From contig VBAX01000050.1 in assembly GCA_005883075.1 (NCBI GenBank), positions 3,226 through 64,462 on the forward strand: a stretch of DNA of 61,237 bases, read 5' to 3'. The notes beneath the pieces were generated by a model that had not been told where the DNA came from, made no database searches, and saw only the letters and a program-made list of their open reading frames with translations. Below are positions 9,810 to 19,919 of the stretch, piece by piece (positions within the stretch are counted from its first letter, which is position 1; each line of letters begins with the position of its first letter). The position numbers and the translations under genes were made by a program. Source of the DNA: Candidatus Bathyarchaeota archaeon (lineage in GTDB: Archaea > Thermoproteota > Bathyarchaeia > 40CM-2-53-6).

Positions 9810-9999
9810 AAGAAAAATCTCCGGATTAGACACACACGAGGATTGTTACAGCACGGTAGGTGATTCTGGAAGTAAATCGCCCATTTTGGAACCCTCGGAA
9901 CGAACTGGGCGAACGCTTCTCGACAGTATTTAGTCTTTCTATTCCAAATGATGAATAGCCACCGAACGATTCGAGAGTACCAAATCTTCCGTTTGGTAG

Positions 10000-10272
10000 T
10001 TATTCCGATACTGGTTTCCGGTCGCGCTTGTGGGTGTAGAGAACTATTGAAGAGACGGTACTTTTCACGCCCGGAATTTTTAGGATTTTGTTCTTGAGAA
10101 CCTCGCGAAAGGCTAGTATGCTTTCTGTCCTGAGCAAGCAGACAATATCGTATTCACCAGTGACCTCGTACACATCCGTAACCTCAGAAAGTTTCACGAG
10201 GCTGTCAGTGACCATCTCCAAGTCCTTCGATTCGACGAACAGGTTTAGGATAACTCGGACTTCGTTCTGCAA
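10000..10272 (-). CDS. Lrp/AsnC ligand-binding (RAM) domain protein
   Basis: VYEVTGEYDI and IPGVKST motifs; start moved to TTG 10272 by inference. Confidence 0.85.
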   Translation of the reverse strand: MQNEVRVILNLFVESKDLEMVTDSLVKLSEVTDVYEVTGEYDIVCLLRTESILAFREVLKNKILKIPGVKSTVSSIVLYTHKRDRKPVSE

Positions 10273-10385
10273 GAGTTGTCCTCGGGGTTCAAGCCGGGTC
10301 TTTTGGACAGCTAATAAAGCGGACGGTCGTTTCAAACGCTGTCTTATAGATACGGAAGACGATAAGGGAATCGCTGGCATTCGTT

Positions 10386-11654
10386 ATGCGTGTTTTTGCT
10401 GACCTTCAGGTCCACAGTCCTTACAGCAGGGCAACAAGCAAAAACATGAACCTGAAGGAGCTTGCCCATTTTGCTTCAATGAAGGGGCTGAATCTTGTGG
10501 GAACGGGTGATTGCACTCATCCTGATTGGAGGAAGGAGATTAGGACGGACCTTCAAGACGTTCCGGGCTCGGGACTCTACCGGTTGAGGGACGGTACCGT
10601 TCACGTACAGTACATGATTACAGGGGAGGTCAACACCACGTTCCAATTGGGCGAAAAATCACGACGGATACATCATTGCCTTCTCGTTCCTTCGATAGAG
10701 TCAGCGGATGCAGTAAGTGATCGATTAGCGAAATATGGCAACCTCGCGAGCGATGGTCGGCCCACGCTCCGGGCGACCGCTCCGGAGCTCGTAGATGAAA
10801 TGCTCGAAGCCGACAGACAATGCGTGATCTTTCCCGCGCATGCCTGGACCCCATGGTTCAGCCTCTTTGGGGCAAACAACGGATTCAACAGCCTCATCGA
10901 TTGCTACCAGGATCGATCTGATAAAATATTCGCACTCGAAACGGGCATGAGTTCGGATCCCGGGATGAACTGGCGACTATCACAACTGGATCATCTGTCT
11001 CTAGTATCGAATTCCGACGCGCACTCCGCGTGGCCGTGGCGGTTGGGAAGAGAAGCGAATGTGTTCGATCTGGAGCAACTCACGTATCAGAATCTGGTTG
11101 GCGCGATCAGAGATAAGGACCCTAGACGTTTCTTGTTTACGATAGAGACCACGCCTGCCTACGGCAAATATCACTGGACTGGACATCGTGAATGTCATGT
11201 TTCAATGTCCGCCAGGGACGCTCGCAAACTGGACGATACTTGTCCAAAGTGCGGAAAAAAGATGACTCGAGGCGTCGAAGAACGGATTGAAGAGCTTGCG
11301 GATCGACCAGAGGGTTACATGCCGAAAAAAGCAATCGGGTACCGCCATTTGCTCCCTCTCTCCGAGATTATTGCTATCGTAATCGGGGACGTCAATCCTG
11401 GATCGATGAAGGTCTGGGAAAAGTACAATATGCTCGTTGGAAAATTCGGGTCGGAATATTCTGTGATGCTAGACGTGCCAGAAGGTCAGTTGTTGCAAGT
11501 GGCTGGACCCGAGATCTCAGGTGCGATTCTTCGGGTGCGGAATGACGACATATTTGTCGAACCAGGTTATGACGGTGTCTACGGAAAACTTGACCTCAAG
11601 AAACCCGCTCCAGTCAAGAAAATCGCGGGTTTGGGACTTGAACAGTTTGTCTAG
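10386..11654 (+). CDS. Endonuclease Q-family PHP-domain protein (TIGR00375-like)
   Basis: DLQVHSPYSRATS, PAHAWTPW, SNSDAHS, GKYH, CPKCG and GYDGVYG motifs. Confidence 0.88.
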   Translation: MRVFADLQVHSPYSRATSKNMNLKELAHFASMKGLNLVGTGDCTHPDWRKEIRTDLQDVPGSGLYRLRDGTVHVQYMITGEVNTTFQLGEKSRRIHHCLLVPSIESADAVSDRLAKYGNLASDGRPTLRATAPELVDEMLEADRQCVIFPAHAWTPWFSLFGANNGFNSLIDCYQDRSDKIFALETGMSSDPGMNWRLSQLDHLSLVSNSDAHSAWPWRLGREANVFDLEQLTYQNLVGAIRDKDPRRFLFTIETTPAYGKYHWTGHRECHVSMSARDARKLDDTCPKCGKKMTRGVEERIEELADRPEGYMPKKAIGYRHLLPLSEIIAIVIGDVNPGSMKVWEKYNMLVGKFGSEYSVMLDVPEGQLLQVAGPEISGAILRVRNDDIFVEPGYDGVYGKLDLKKPAPVKKIAGLGLEQFV

Positions 11655-12766
11655 TTGGACTTGATCTTCAGCTTCTTCGGTAGATACTCATCAACGATAT
11701 AGGTAAGCCCGTATCTGCTGAATGCTTCTTGTTCCGATTTCTTCTTGACCTTTCTGAAGGTATCTATCTCTCTCTGCCAGAGGCCGCCAGCATACCGGGG
11801 ATCTTTCTCTAACTCGTTCAACCGTTTGACATCCAAGTCCGTCAGAGGATCGCTGGGGAGTTTGTAGTCTACAATGTCGGTCGCCCAGACTCCTCCCCAG
11901 ATTGCGTCTGGAGTATTGAGCTCACGCAGATGGGCTGCGTTCGCAGATCCTGAAATGATGACCATGGCGATGTGCATTCCCCATGGATCACCGTCGGTGA
12001 ATATGTAGACTGGGATGTCGAGTTCCTGGTTGAGCCTGCGAAGTAGGAATCTTGTTGCTCTGGGCGCTTGTCCGGCGGTGTGGATAAGGACAGCTTTGAA
12101 ACGCTGGTGCACCCGTTCCTCTATAAACCTCGTGAACAATCCGCCTTTCTCGATCGCAATTACCTTGTCGACTTTGCGGCTGTCGGGTCGAATGAACTCC
12201 GAGGTTGTCAGGGCCGGTCCAATCATCACACCGTCGGGGTGAGAGGCTAGGTTTAGCCTGCGTCCTTCGTATCCAGGGACAGTGTACTCGATCGTCAAAT
12301 CCCCGAAGATCGCGCTCCTTTCTTCAGGGTAGACGTTGAAGTCTTCTCTCGAGTATCCAGTCACAGTTTCTAGGTCGGTGATGAGATTGTCGCTTTCCTG
12401 CTGGTCCTGAAAATCCATCTCGTACGCTTGCGCTGAATAGAACACATCTCTCAACGTGCTGGTCTTGTTCTGCTCCGTGAGCTCGTCTGCGAACATGGCC
12501 GTCCAGAGGAGCTGTGTGAACGGGCGGAGATGCCTTACGTTTCGGGCGCTCCTCTTGACGGTTCTCTTTCCCAGAATGTACTGTCTTGTCTTGGAATCGT
12601 ATAGTATGTTGGCTATGGATCGGCTGGGCATGCGGAATGTTGGAAATTCCTTTTTTTCGAGCTGGCCGTAGACCTGTCCGCCGAGGTCCCGCATCGCGGA
12701 TAGGACCTTTTCCTTCCGTTCTTTGATGACGCCTTTACTCTTGCTCTTCTTCCTCTTCTGCACCAT
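11651..12766 (-). CDS. top6A: DNA topoisomerase VI subunit A (Spo11-like)
   Basis: TLRDVFY catalytic Tyr; IEK and TDGDPWG toprim motifs. Confidence 0.96.
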   Translation of the reverse strand: MVQKRKKSKSKGVIKERKEKVLSAMRDLGGQVYGQLEKKEFPTFRMPSRSIANILYDSKTRQYILGKRTVKRSARNVRHLRPFTQLLWTAMFADELTEQNKTSTLRDVFYSAQAYEMDFQDQQESDNLITDLETVTGYSREDFNVYPEERSAIFGDLTIEYTVPGYEGRRLNLASHPDGVMIGPALTTSEFIRPDSRKVDKVIAIEKGGLFTRFIEERVHQRFKAVLIHTAGQAPRATRFLLRRLNQELDIPVYIFTDGDPWGMHIAMVIISGSANAAHLRELNTPDAIWGGVWATDIVDYKLPSDPLTDLDVKRLNELEKDPRYAGGLWQREIDTFRKVKKKSEQEAFSRYGLTYIVDEYLPKKLKIKSN

Positions 12767-14312
12767 ACTTGATCACTCCTCTGAGCAGCGGTTTGATGTC
12801 TGGTTCTCTCTTCTCCTTTGCGAGTTTCGTCGAGAACTGGGCTACTTTCGGCAAATACTTCTCGAACACATCTAGCCGTCTCTTTTCCTGGGTGAGATGT
12901 TCACGTTTCGACAGGTAGAGCCGGAGGTTCCGACCAACTTCCCGGATAGCGTTGAGAATCTCATGCTCTACCTCAGGTCGGTCAGCAATGAATTCTTTTC
13001 CGACTGTCTTATAGGGGATCTTCGTACTGCAGACATGAATGAAAACGGCGAGCGGGGTTTCACCCGGGATGACCTTGTAATTTCGCCAATCAATCTCAGT
13101 GTCGACAACCTTCCATGACACATCGCTTGCCTCGTCGAAAAGTAGCGGAATCTTGTTTGCAAATCTGAAGAGGAGAATCTTGCCTTGCATCTCGATCTGC
13201 TTGGAGCTTGCGAGCCCGACTTCGATAATGAACGGAAACCCTCCGTACGTCGCAGGGCGTCTCTGAAGGGTAGTTACGAAGGCGGTGCCGCTCTCAATTT
13301 CCTGGTCCGTTATTCCAAGTTCCTTCTTTATTCCTGTTTCCATCAGGTCTTCGCCGAGAGGTGAGAGACAGGTGGGATCTGGAGAGAGAAAGCCATCGTA
13401 GCTCTTCATCGCGTTGACTAGCTTTACCATGTCTTGCGCGGACAGGTTTCTAGGATTCTTCTTTTGTCCGAGCCTTGCGAACTGGAGGAATTTGCGGGCT
13501 GTGGTCTCTCCTATTCTCTGGAAGTTCTTTCGCATGAACTCCTGCACGCTCTTAGCATTGGTCAGCTTCAGCATTCGCTGCACAGTTTCAACATCGACTC
13601 CATGTGGGTGAGGAGAGGTTTCAGTGGGTGCCGGTGGTACCTTTGTGGTGCCACGCAGAAACTTGTAGAGCCTTCCTCGTGGATCTACGAACGTAATGTT
13701 CGCGTACGGAACTATGATGGCTGTCTGCTTGAAGTATTCGAGAATCCTGGGCATTGCACGTGAGTAGTCGGCTTCTGTCTTGAACTCGATGATTGTGCCC
13801 TGCCAGTGAGGCTTGTTGGTCCGAGTCTTATTCTTGATAATGACGGGCTTGTTCTGTTGGATATCAATCCGAAGAATTACCTCAGCTATCCGAGATTTGG
13901 ATCCAGTGCTAGAGGTGATGGCGGCCTCAGAATGCGTGGTAATCTGTCCATAGAGGAGGGCCATTTTCCCGCCGAGGCCAAAGGTTCCTCTTGTTTGTCG
14001 GAGTTTGTATTTCGACCCGTAGAGAACCTGACCGAAAGCGGATGGGATCACGTTAGATGGGATCCCTATGCCGTTGTCCTCAACCCTCACTATGTAGGTA
14101 CCGGGGCCGTCCAGAGGACCGGACTCGTGGGACAATCGTACGTAAATGTCAGGCGGAATCCCGCCTGTCTCACATGCATCCAGAGAGTTTTCGACTAGCT
14201 CTCGAATCGTCGAGTATATTGATCTTGACGGACTTGTGAATCCTGCGATGTCCCGGTTGCGATAGAAGAAGTCGGCGGCGCTTATTTCTTGGAAGACCTC
14301 GGCCACTGTCAT
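12735..14312 (-). CDS. top6B: DNA topoisomerase VI subunit B
   Basis: GHKL motifs ELVENSLDA, DNGIGI and RGTFGLG; RFANKIPL. Confidence 0.97.
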   Translation of the reverse strand: MTVAEVFQEISAADFFYRNRDIAGFTSPSRSIYSTIRELVENSLDACETGGIPPDIYVRLSHESGPLDGPGTYIVRVEDNGIGIPSNVIPSAFGQVLYGSKYKLRQTRGTFGLGGKMALLYGQITTHSEAAITSSTGSKSRIAEVILRIDIQQNKPVIIKNKTRTNKPHWQGTIIEFKTEADYSRAMPRILEYFKQTAIIVPYANITFVDPRGRLYKFLRGTTKVPPAPTETSPHPHGVDVETVQRMLKLTNAKSVQEFMRKNFQRIGETTARKFLQFARLGQKKNPRNLSAQDMVKLVNAMKSYDGFLSPDPTCLSPLGEDLMETGIKKELGITDQEIESGTAFVTTLQRRPATYGGFPFIIEVGLASSKQIEMQGKILLFRFANKIPLLFDEASDVSWKVVDTEIDWRNYKVIPGETPLAVFIHVCSTKIPYKTVGKEFIADRPEVEHEILNAIREVGRNLRLYLSKREHLTQEKRRLDVFEKYLPKVAQFSTKLAKEKREPDIKPLLRGVIKYGAEEEEEQE

Positions 14313-14340
14313 TGGTCCCAATCCGCGAGGTCCGCATTGA

Positions 14341-14931
14341 TCATGTTTTCTTTGCTGTAGGCACTTGGCCTTCCCAGAGTCCTAAAGCTTTCTCCTTCTT
14401 GATTTCCTGTCGTCTTCTCCTCAGGAACTTGTAGACAGTCCCGTGCTGTCGCCCTTTGATCAATTTCTCCAGAGCATCTTTCGCAATAGTGACGGCTTCA
14501 TAGCCACCAATTATCGACACTGTGTGCCCGCTAACAGAGATGGCGGTTCCGGTCAGTTCTTCGAGAATCCTTCTGGTCTTGCCTTCCCTGCCAATGATTC
14601 TGCCATCAACCCTTCGAATCTCAGCCTCGTTCTTGCCGAAAAAGTCGTGAAGATCAATGATATCCAATGCATTGTCTTCGCTGAACAGCCTGAACGCTCG
14701 CTCGGGCGAAAATCCTCTCCCAATGGCAAGAACTATGTCCTTAGCTTGAAGCGCTCCCGACGGATCGGGAGCATCCGGTTTAACTCCGATTTCGACAGCG
14801 CCAGAAGGGCTGTCTATCCTGAGATCCACGAACAGCTTCTCTTCGATCGCTGACTTTACGGCGCCACCCGGACCAACAAGTACACCGACTCTATCCTTTG
14901 GTATTACCGTGGTCATCCTTGTCTCTGCCAA
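14341..14931 (-). CDS. KH-domain RNA-processing protein (Dim2/Pno1/Krr1 family)
   Basis: AIGRGFSPE, GRIIGREGKTR and G..HGTVY motifs. Confidence 0.92.
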   Translation of the reverse strand: MAETRMTTVIPKDRVGVLVGPGGAVKSAIEEKLFVDLRIDSPSGAVEIGVKPDAPDPSGALQAKDIVLAIGRGFSPERAFRLFSEDNALDIIDLHDFFGKNEAEIRRVDGRIIGREGKTRRILEELTGTAISVSGHTVSIIGGYEAVTIAKDALEKLIKGRQHGTVYKFLRRRRQEIKKEKALGLWEGQVPTAKKT

Positions 14932-14934
14932 TTT

Positions 14935-15708
14935 CTATCGAGCCCCTATGACCCTCGCTGGAGATCGCGTCCTAACGTTGAGGCCCTCAAAATAATGGTT
15001 GATGTTCTCGATATCTCTTTCGAGAAAAGCTCGGGCCTCGGGATGTTCTGTGGTGACTGCTTGCCCGAAGTCGATGATGACCGGGTATCCATTAGGAATC
15101 ATGATATTATACTCGCTTAGATCGCCATGGACGAGTTTCGCCTTATCGTACAGTTGCTTGATCAGTTCGATGATTTTCTTATACCAATCCGCTGCCGCCT
15201 GAAGCCGCACTTCTCTAAGGACTGGAGCAGGTATTCCGTCTTTCCCGATAAATCCGAGAATGAGAACATTCTTCTCCACATGGATTGGCTTCGGAACGGA
15301 AATTCCTGCATGGTCCGCCAGTTCCAGATTCTTGTATTCTTTCGATGCCCATTGATCTACGAGAGATGTTGTGTCATGCGGAATATCCTTGAACCGCGGA
15401 TCTCCGCGGATATACTTCAATCGGCCGTGCCGGAATATGTTGGATGTGGTGAGGAAAATCTTCACAGCTACTTCTTCGCCCTTCGGGTCTAGCCCGTGGT
15501 AGATCTTGCTCTCCTTTCCCGATTTCATTGCACCGTGGAGTTCTTTCAAGATACCGGTGTTCAACATCTTGAGAACAGTCATTATTGTTCGTCGATCGAA
15601 GACTTCTTCGAGCGATTCGGTATCCTCGCTCCACTTTATCCTCACTCTGCGTTCTCTATCGTACCGGACCTCTCGCCGTCTGACATTCTCGTCGACTTTG
15701 TCGCTCAA
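14935..15708 (-). CDS. rio1: RIO1-family serine/threonine kinase
   Basis: SGKES, AVKIF, VHGDLSEYNI and IDFGQ motifs; conserved adjacency to KH and top6. Confidence 0.93.
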   Translation of the reverse strand: MSDKVDENVRRREVRYDRERRVRIKWSEDTESLEEVFDRRTIMTVLKMLNTGILKELHGAMKSGKESKIYHGLDPKGEEVAVKIFLTTSNIFRHGRLKYIRGDPRFKDIPHDTTSLVDQWASKEYKNLELADHAGISVPKPIHVEKNVLILGFIGKDGIPAPVLREVRLQAAADWYKKIIELIKQLYDKAKLVHGDLSEYNIMIPNGYPVIIDFGQAVTTEHPEARAFLERDIENINHYFEGLNVRTRSPARVIGAR

Positions 15709-15997
15709 GGAGACCCGGTCTTTTCTATAAGCCAGAGGATATTTGCGGTACAAATTGATTGGTATTCACTGCAGCAGATAAGTCGCCACCGAGTCAACTC
15801 AAGTCCTATTCATTTCTCTCCACGCAAGAATCGATAGAGCCACGGGGAATAGCTCTCGGGTGCATCTCGGAAGTCCCCAAGGTGTGGTTAAATCATAACA
15901 TGATTTTGTCATATTCTTCCCCGGAAGCCATTTTTGAAGCTATCGCAAAGTCTTAAATTAACAACGGGGCGCAAATTAGCCCTTCTAACGAGACATC

Positions 15998-17755
15998 TTG
16001 GCAGAAGAGAAGTTATTCGTCCGAAAGGCAACTGGCCTCGTAAGGGAAATCGGAGCCATCACCGCGATCATCATTGTGATGGCTAATACAATCGGACTGG
16101 GTTGGCAAAAGCGAGTCTTTCAGTATACAGGGTTGGCACCGCTTCCAGAGAACCAGTACTGGGGTGGGATTCCTCCAATGACCATGGCCTTTATCGTTGG
16201 CGGAATCGCAGTTCTGCTCTCTGTGCTTGCTGTTTCCGTTCTCGCAGCTGCAATGCCTCGTTCAGGAGGGGGATACGTCGTAATTTCGAGAATCCTTGGC
16301 CCGGTTTGGGGGTTTCTGGCCGCTTGGCTTGAGTTCCTAAGCATTGCTTGGTCTTTCGGGATAATCGCAGTTGCCGTGTTCGAGGGCCTCTATTTCATAA
16401 TGGGTCCAGTGGCATTTGGTCTCAACTTTGGACCTCCAGCAGGTATTCCTACTGATGAGTTCCTCTTCCTCGTTGGGCTATTACTCGTCGTGATATTCAC
16501 CGTTATAGGAGTCTTCGGAGTAAAACTAACGGGTCTGCTACTCCAAGCGATGTTTTGGATTCCAGCCGTTCTCACCTTCTATGTTTTCGGACTTCTCAGT
16601 CAGGCTAACAACACGACGATTCTTTCAGGAATGCAGAACGTACTCGGAGTCACTCCCGGTAAATACGTTGCCGCTGCAACGAACGCGACTTTGACAAACA
16701 ATCTTCAAAGCCAGGTTGCCGGTATCGGAGGTTACGCTGGTGCCTTCACTACATGCCTGATCGGAGCATATTTTGCGTATATCGGGTATGCTGCCTCTAC
16801 TTTCGTTGCTGGGGAGATAAAGGAAGCCAATAAGGCGCTCCCTAAGACGCTTGCTATCGCATCAGTCTTGATTATCGCGCTCTATGTGAGCATATCTCTT
16901 GTTGGGGCATATGCCCTCAAGGGGATTGGCGAAGTTACCGTCGGCGGCAATAATTACTCCCTGCTGACGGCCTGGAGCTACTTGTCATATGGAGGGAAAG
17001 TGAGTCTTGCCAGCGTAGGGCTTCCTACCGTGAAACTTTGGACCACCACCGTAGCAGGACTCGCTGGTAGTGGAATCAATCTGGGATCTGCCAACGTAAT
17101 CTTGGTAATATTCGGAGTGTTTTGGGTTGCAAACGATATTCCGCCATTCATTCTGACAGCCTCGAGAATTCTCTTCGCTATGTCTTTCGACCGGGTTCTG
17201 CCCGCTCCGTTGGCGAATGTCAATGACCGTTTCCACTCTCCAATTAATGCCGTAATCATTGTCGGGATTGTGGCTCTTCTTGGTTGTTTCTCGGAGTCGA
17301 CGATACTTGATCCGGGTGGCACTTTGAACCCTGGGAACAATGCTGCCATAGCCGCCATTCTCGGCAGTGGAGGTGGAGTACAAATAACAGATTTCTATGA
17401 CTCATTCTTCTTTACATTATTCACCTTATCGCTGGTGATACTCCCTATACGGGCTAGTAAACGGCAAATTTTCGACACGGCACCTTACAAACCGGGTGGA
17501 AAGTGGGGTATGCTCATTTTGGGACTCGCTGGCTTTGGAGCTAATCTCTTCGTTGACTACGAATTTGTCTGGCCGCAGGGCTCAGACTTTGGCCTATCAC
17601 AGATAAACTGGGCATCATCAACGCTACTCAGCGACATATCTGCAGTCATCTTTACTATCGTGGTCGCAATACTGGGCGTAGTTGTATACTACATCCACAG
17701 AATGAGGCGGGGTATAAACTACTCAACCATCTTCGCTCAAATTCCTCCGGAATAG
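15998..17755 (+). CDS. APC-family amino acid/polyamine permease
   Basis: LFVRKATGLVRE N-terminus, MPRSGGGY and EIK...LPK motifs; about 12 TM segments. Confidence 0.9.
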   Translation: MAEEKLFVRKATGLVREIGAITAIIIVMANTIGLGWQKRVFQYTGLAPLPENQYWGGIPPMTMAFIVGGIAVLLSVLAVSVLAAAMPRSGGGYVVISRILGPVWGFLAAWLEFLSIAWSFGIIAVAVFEGLYFIMGPVAFGLNFGPPAGIPTDEFLFLVGLLLVVIFTVIGVFGVKLTGLLLQAMFWIPAVLTFYVFGLLSQANNTTILSGMQNVLGVTPGKYVAAATNATLTNNLQSQVAGIGGYAGAFTTCLIGAYFAYIGYAASTFVAGEIKEANKALPKTLAIASVLIIALYVSISLVGAYALKGIGEVTVGGNNYSLLTAWSYLSYGGKVSLASVGLPTVKLWTTTVAGLAGSGINLGSANVILVIFGVFWVANDIPPFILTASRILFAMSFDRVLPAPLANVNDRFHSPINAVIIVGIVALLGCFSESTILDPGGTLNPGNNAAIAAILGSGGGVQITDFYDSFFFTLFTLSLVILPIRASKRQIFDTAPYKPGGKWGMLILGLAGFGANLFVDYEFVWPQGSDFGLSQINWASSTLLSDISAVIFTIVVAILGVVVYYIHRMRRGINYSTIFAQIPPE

Positions 17756-17868
17756 TGAGCTTAGTCCGGGGGACTTTGGCCAGCCAGACCCTCGCATCTC
17801 CGCCTTGCTGACTCGATATGCGACTGAGCTTGTCTCAGTGGACAAAGCGATTGTCTTAATTCTCTCGC

Positions 17869-18414
17869 GTGCTTTCGAGTTACCGGAGTCGTTCATTGTC
17901 TGAACAGATTTCGCCGGTAGACGCGTTTGAGCTAAACCTCTTGCATGGAGGATCGCGTCTCATAGCTGATCTGACGGAGTTCTTCAGAGATTACAAGGTT
18001 GATGGCACGACATTCGCAATCTACGCGAAGGGAAATACAAGAAACAAAGGCCTATTCCTCTCTCGATTCTTCGCTTGGACGGTGCTTCCCAATTACCCTG
18101 TTTCGCTCTTCTGCGTAGATGAAGGGAAAACTCTCCTCTCAACCGACAGTCTTCGCAGGAGGATCGAGACCGTAACCAGGGTCACCAATGAAGACGAGTT
18201 ACAGTGGGCATGGTTAGTTGTTCTTTCAGATAGGGCCTTATCTCCGCAAATCGTTTCCTTCGTCTCTAGGTATGATAGAAAGGAACTTGGAATCGCGGTT
18301 GCAAGCACTTCATCAAAGCAGATCGTTCTGAGTAGCAATCAGGTAGGACGAAGCATTGGAAAACAGTTGAAGTTGAGGAAAGCTCTGGAGTCTAACAAGC
18401 ATTGGAGAAACTAG
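17869..18414 (+). CDS. Hypothetical protein (true start uncertain)
   Basis: 181-aa ORF between the permease and the next gene, overlapping the next start. Confidence 0.6.
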   Translation: MLSSYRSRSLSEQISPVDAFELNLLHGGSRLIADLTEFFRDYKVDGTTFAIYAKGNTRNKGLFLSRFFAWTVLPNYPVSLFCVDEGKTLLSTDSLRRRIETVTRVTNEDELQWAWLVVLSDRALSPQIVSFVSRYDRKELGIAVASTSSKQIVLSSNQVGRSIGKQLKLRKALESNKHWRN

Positions 18415-18875
18415 CTAAGATCCAGCTGACTGTACTGGCGTCCTACAGCATGCCGTTCGTTTTGCTCTCTGCCCTCTTAATCAACTCGCTTCTCGTGGAC
18501 TACCATGTCACTGGAGGGTCCTTGAAAATATTGTTTCTCGGCGGGGCCTTCCCTCTCGGGTTTTTGGCAGGTCGACTGATCTACGTTAAGCGGTCTCATG
18601 TCGAGATTCTCTTTGACGACTTTTCATTTAGTGTAATCAAGGGGTCGAGGCAGACAGAAACCGGATCTTGGAGGAACTTCCGTTTGGTGTCGCTAGTGTT
18701 GGACCAGTTCGGTAAACCTAACCTGAGACTCTACCGGGCATTGGAAGGTGAATATGTAGATCTTCCAATCTCCAAAACTAATGCTGATCCTCAAAGGTTT
18801 AGGGACCATGTCCAGTCTCTGATCTCGGGAGTTCGGATTAGAAAGACTACCCCTCAAGTCGTTGAAGCCGCTTAG
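18402..18875 (+). CDS. Membrane protein with two N-terminal TMs and a possible PH-like soluble domain
   Basis: Two hydrophobic helices followed by a beta-rich segment. Confidence 0.6.
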   Translation: MEKLAKIQLTVLASYSMPFVLLSALLINSLLVDYHVTGGSLKILFLGGAFPLGFLAGRLIYVKRSHVEILFDDFSFSVIKGSRQTETGSWRNFRLVSLVLDQFGKPNLRLYRALEGEYVDLPISKTNADPQRFRDHVQSLISGVRIRKTTPQVVEAA

Positions 18876-19791
18876 CCTTTCCATCTTCTAGCTCTATGAT
18901 GTACGCCCGTAGGATTCCCTCTGAATATTCGCTTCCGGGGTTAATGCATTGGGTCTTCCCTATTTTTACGAGGCCTGGGCTTTCGTGAATGTGACCATGT
19001 AGTCCTAGCAGGGGTTGATATTTTTCGATGACCCTTCTTACAGACTTTGATCCGACAGGTATGAACGCCGGTCTCCCACCCTCATAGACTGGCCGCAGAG
19101 TTGCATCAAGTTTTGGAGCCATGTCAATGGTGGAATTGTAGGGGGGCACATGAAAGCAGAAGCATGATGTCTCGACGGACTTCAGTTGTGACACTGTCTT
19201 CTCTAACTTCTCCAAAAGTTGTTCCTCGGTGCATTCCCGCGGGCTATGCCAAGGGGTTGGGTTTGACCAACCAACGCATGCCGCCTCGTGACGATCATCG
19301 AAACGGACCACTGACTCCTCTGCAAAGACTATGTTAGGAGAATTCCTTAGAACGTCGTCGAGAACAAACTTATCATCGTTTCCCGGGTGTATGATTACTC
19401 TTACATCGGGGGCTTTTTTTGGGATTAGAGACAGCCAGTCTTTTACCATTTCTACCTCTAGGTCCTCAAAGACCTTCTCTACATATTCCTGATCCCGGCT
19501 TAGCTTTTCGACCTCAGCTTTGGAGCAAACATAGGGGAGGTAACAATGCTGGCGAATTTGCTTCTTGAGGTCAGGGAGACCCTGCTCCGAAATCTTCACC
19601 TCTTTGCCTAGAAAGTTAGCGGTGTAACCTCCTTCAGGCTCTCTCACGATGGGAACCATCACTTTACTCGTCATGTCTCCTCCCATCAACAAGACGTTCG
19701 CGTTGAACATCGAGGCGGAGTTCAGGAACTTTCTCCAAACTACGTCGCTTCCGTGAAAGTCCGAGGAGAAGATTATTCTAGTCTTGGGCAA
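18847..19791 (-). CDS. Calcineurin-like metallophosphoesterase (Icc-related)
   Basis: DFHG, GGD, GNDD, HVPP and HGHIHE motifs all intact. Confidence 0.92.
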   Translation of the reverse strand: MPKTRIIFSSDFHGSDVVWRKFLNSASMFNANVLLMGGDMTSKVMVPIVREPEGGYTANFLGKEVKISEQGLPDLKKQIRQHCYLPYVCSKAEVEKLSRDQEYVEKVFEDLEVEMVKDWLSLIPKKAPDVRVIIHPGNDDKFVLDDVLRNSPNIVFAEESVVRFDDRHEAACVGWSNPTPWHSPRECTEEQLLEKLEKTVSQLKSVETSCFCFHVPPYNSTIDMAPKLDATLRPVYEGGRPAFIPVGSKSVRRVIEKYQPLLGLHGHIHESPGLVKIGKTQCINPGSEYSEGILRAYIIELEDGKAKRLQRLEG

Positions 19792-19919
19792 ACCCGAGTA
19801 AGGGAGAACTTTGATCCCTTAAATCCTCTAGGGTAATTTTTGGCGTAGTTCCTCGGGTTATACGAAATTTAAGTACGAAGCAAGACCTTCTGCAATTGGG
19901 TGGAAGAAGCTCCCTACTC

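Noticed and set aside
17805-17903. 32-aa ORF overlapping the start of 17869..18414, possibly a frameshifted N-terminus
   Set aside because: No homology is available to judge and there is no clear slippery site.
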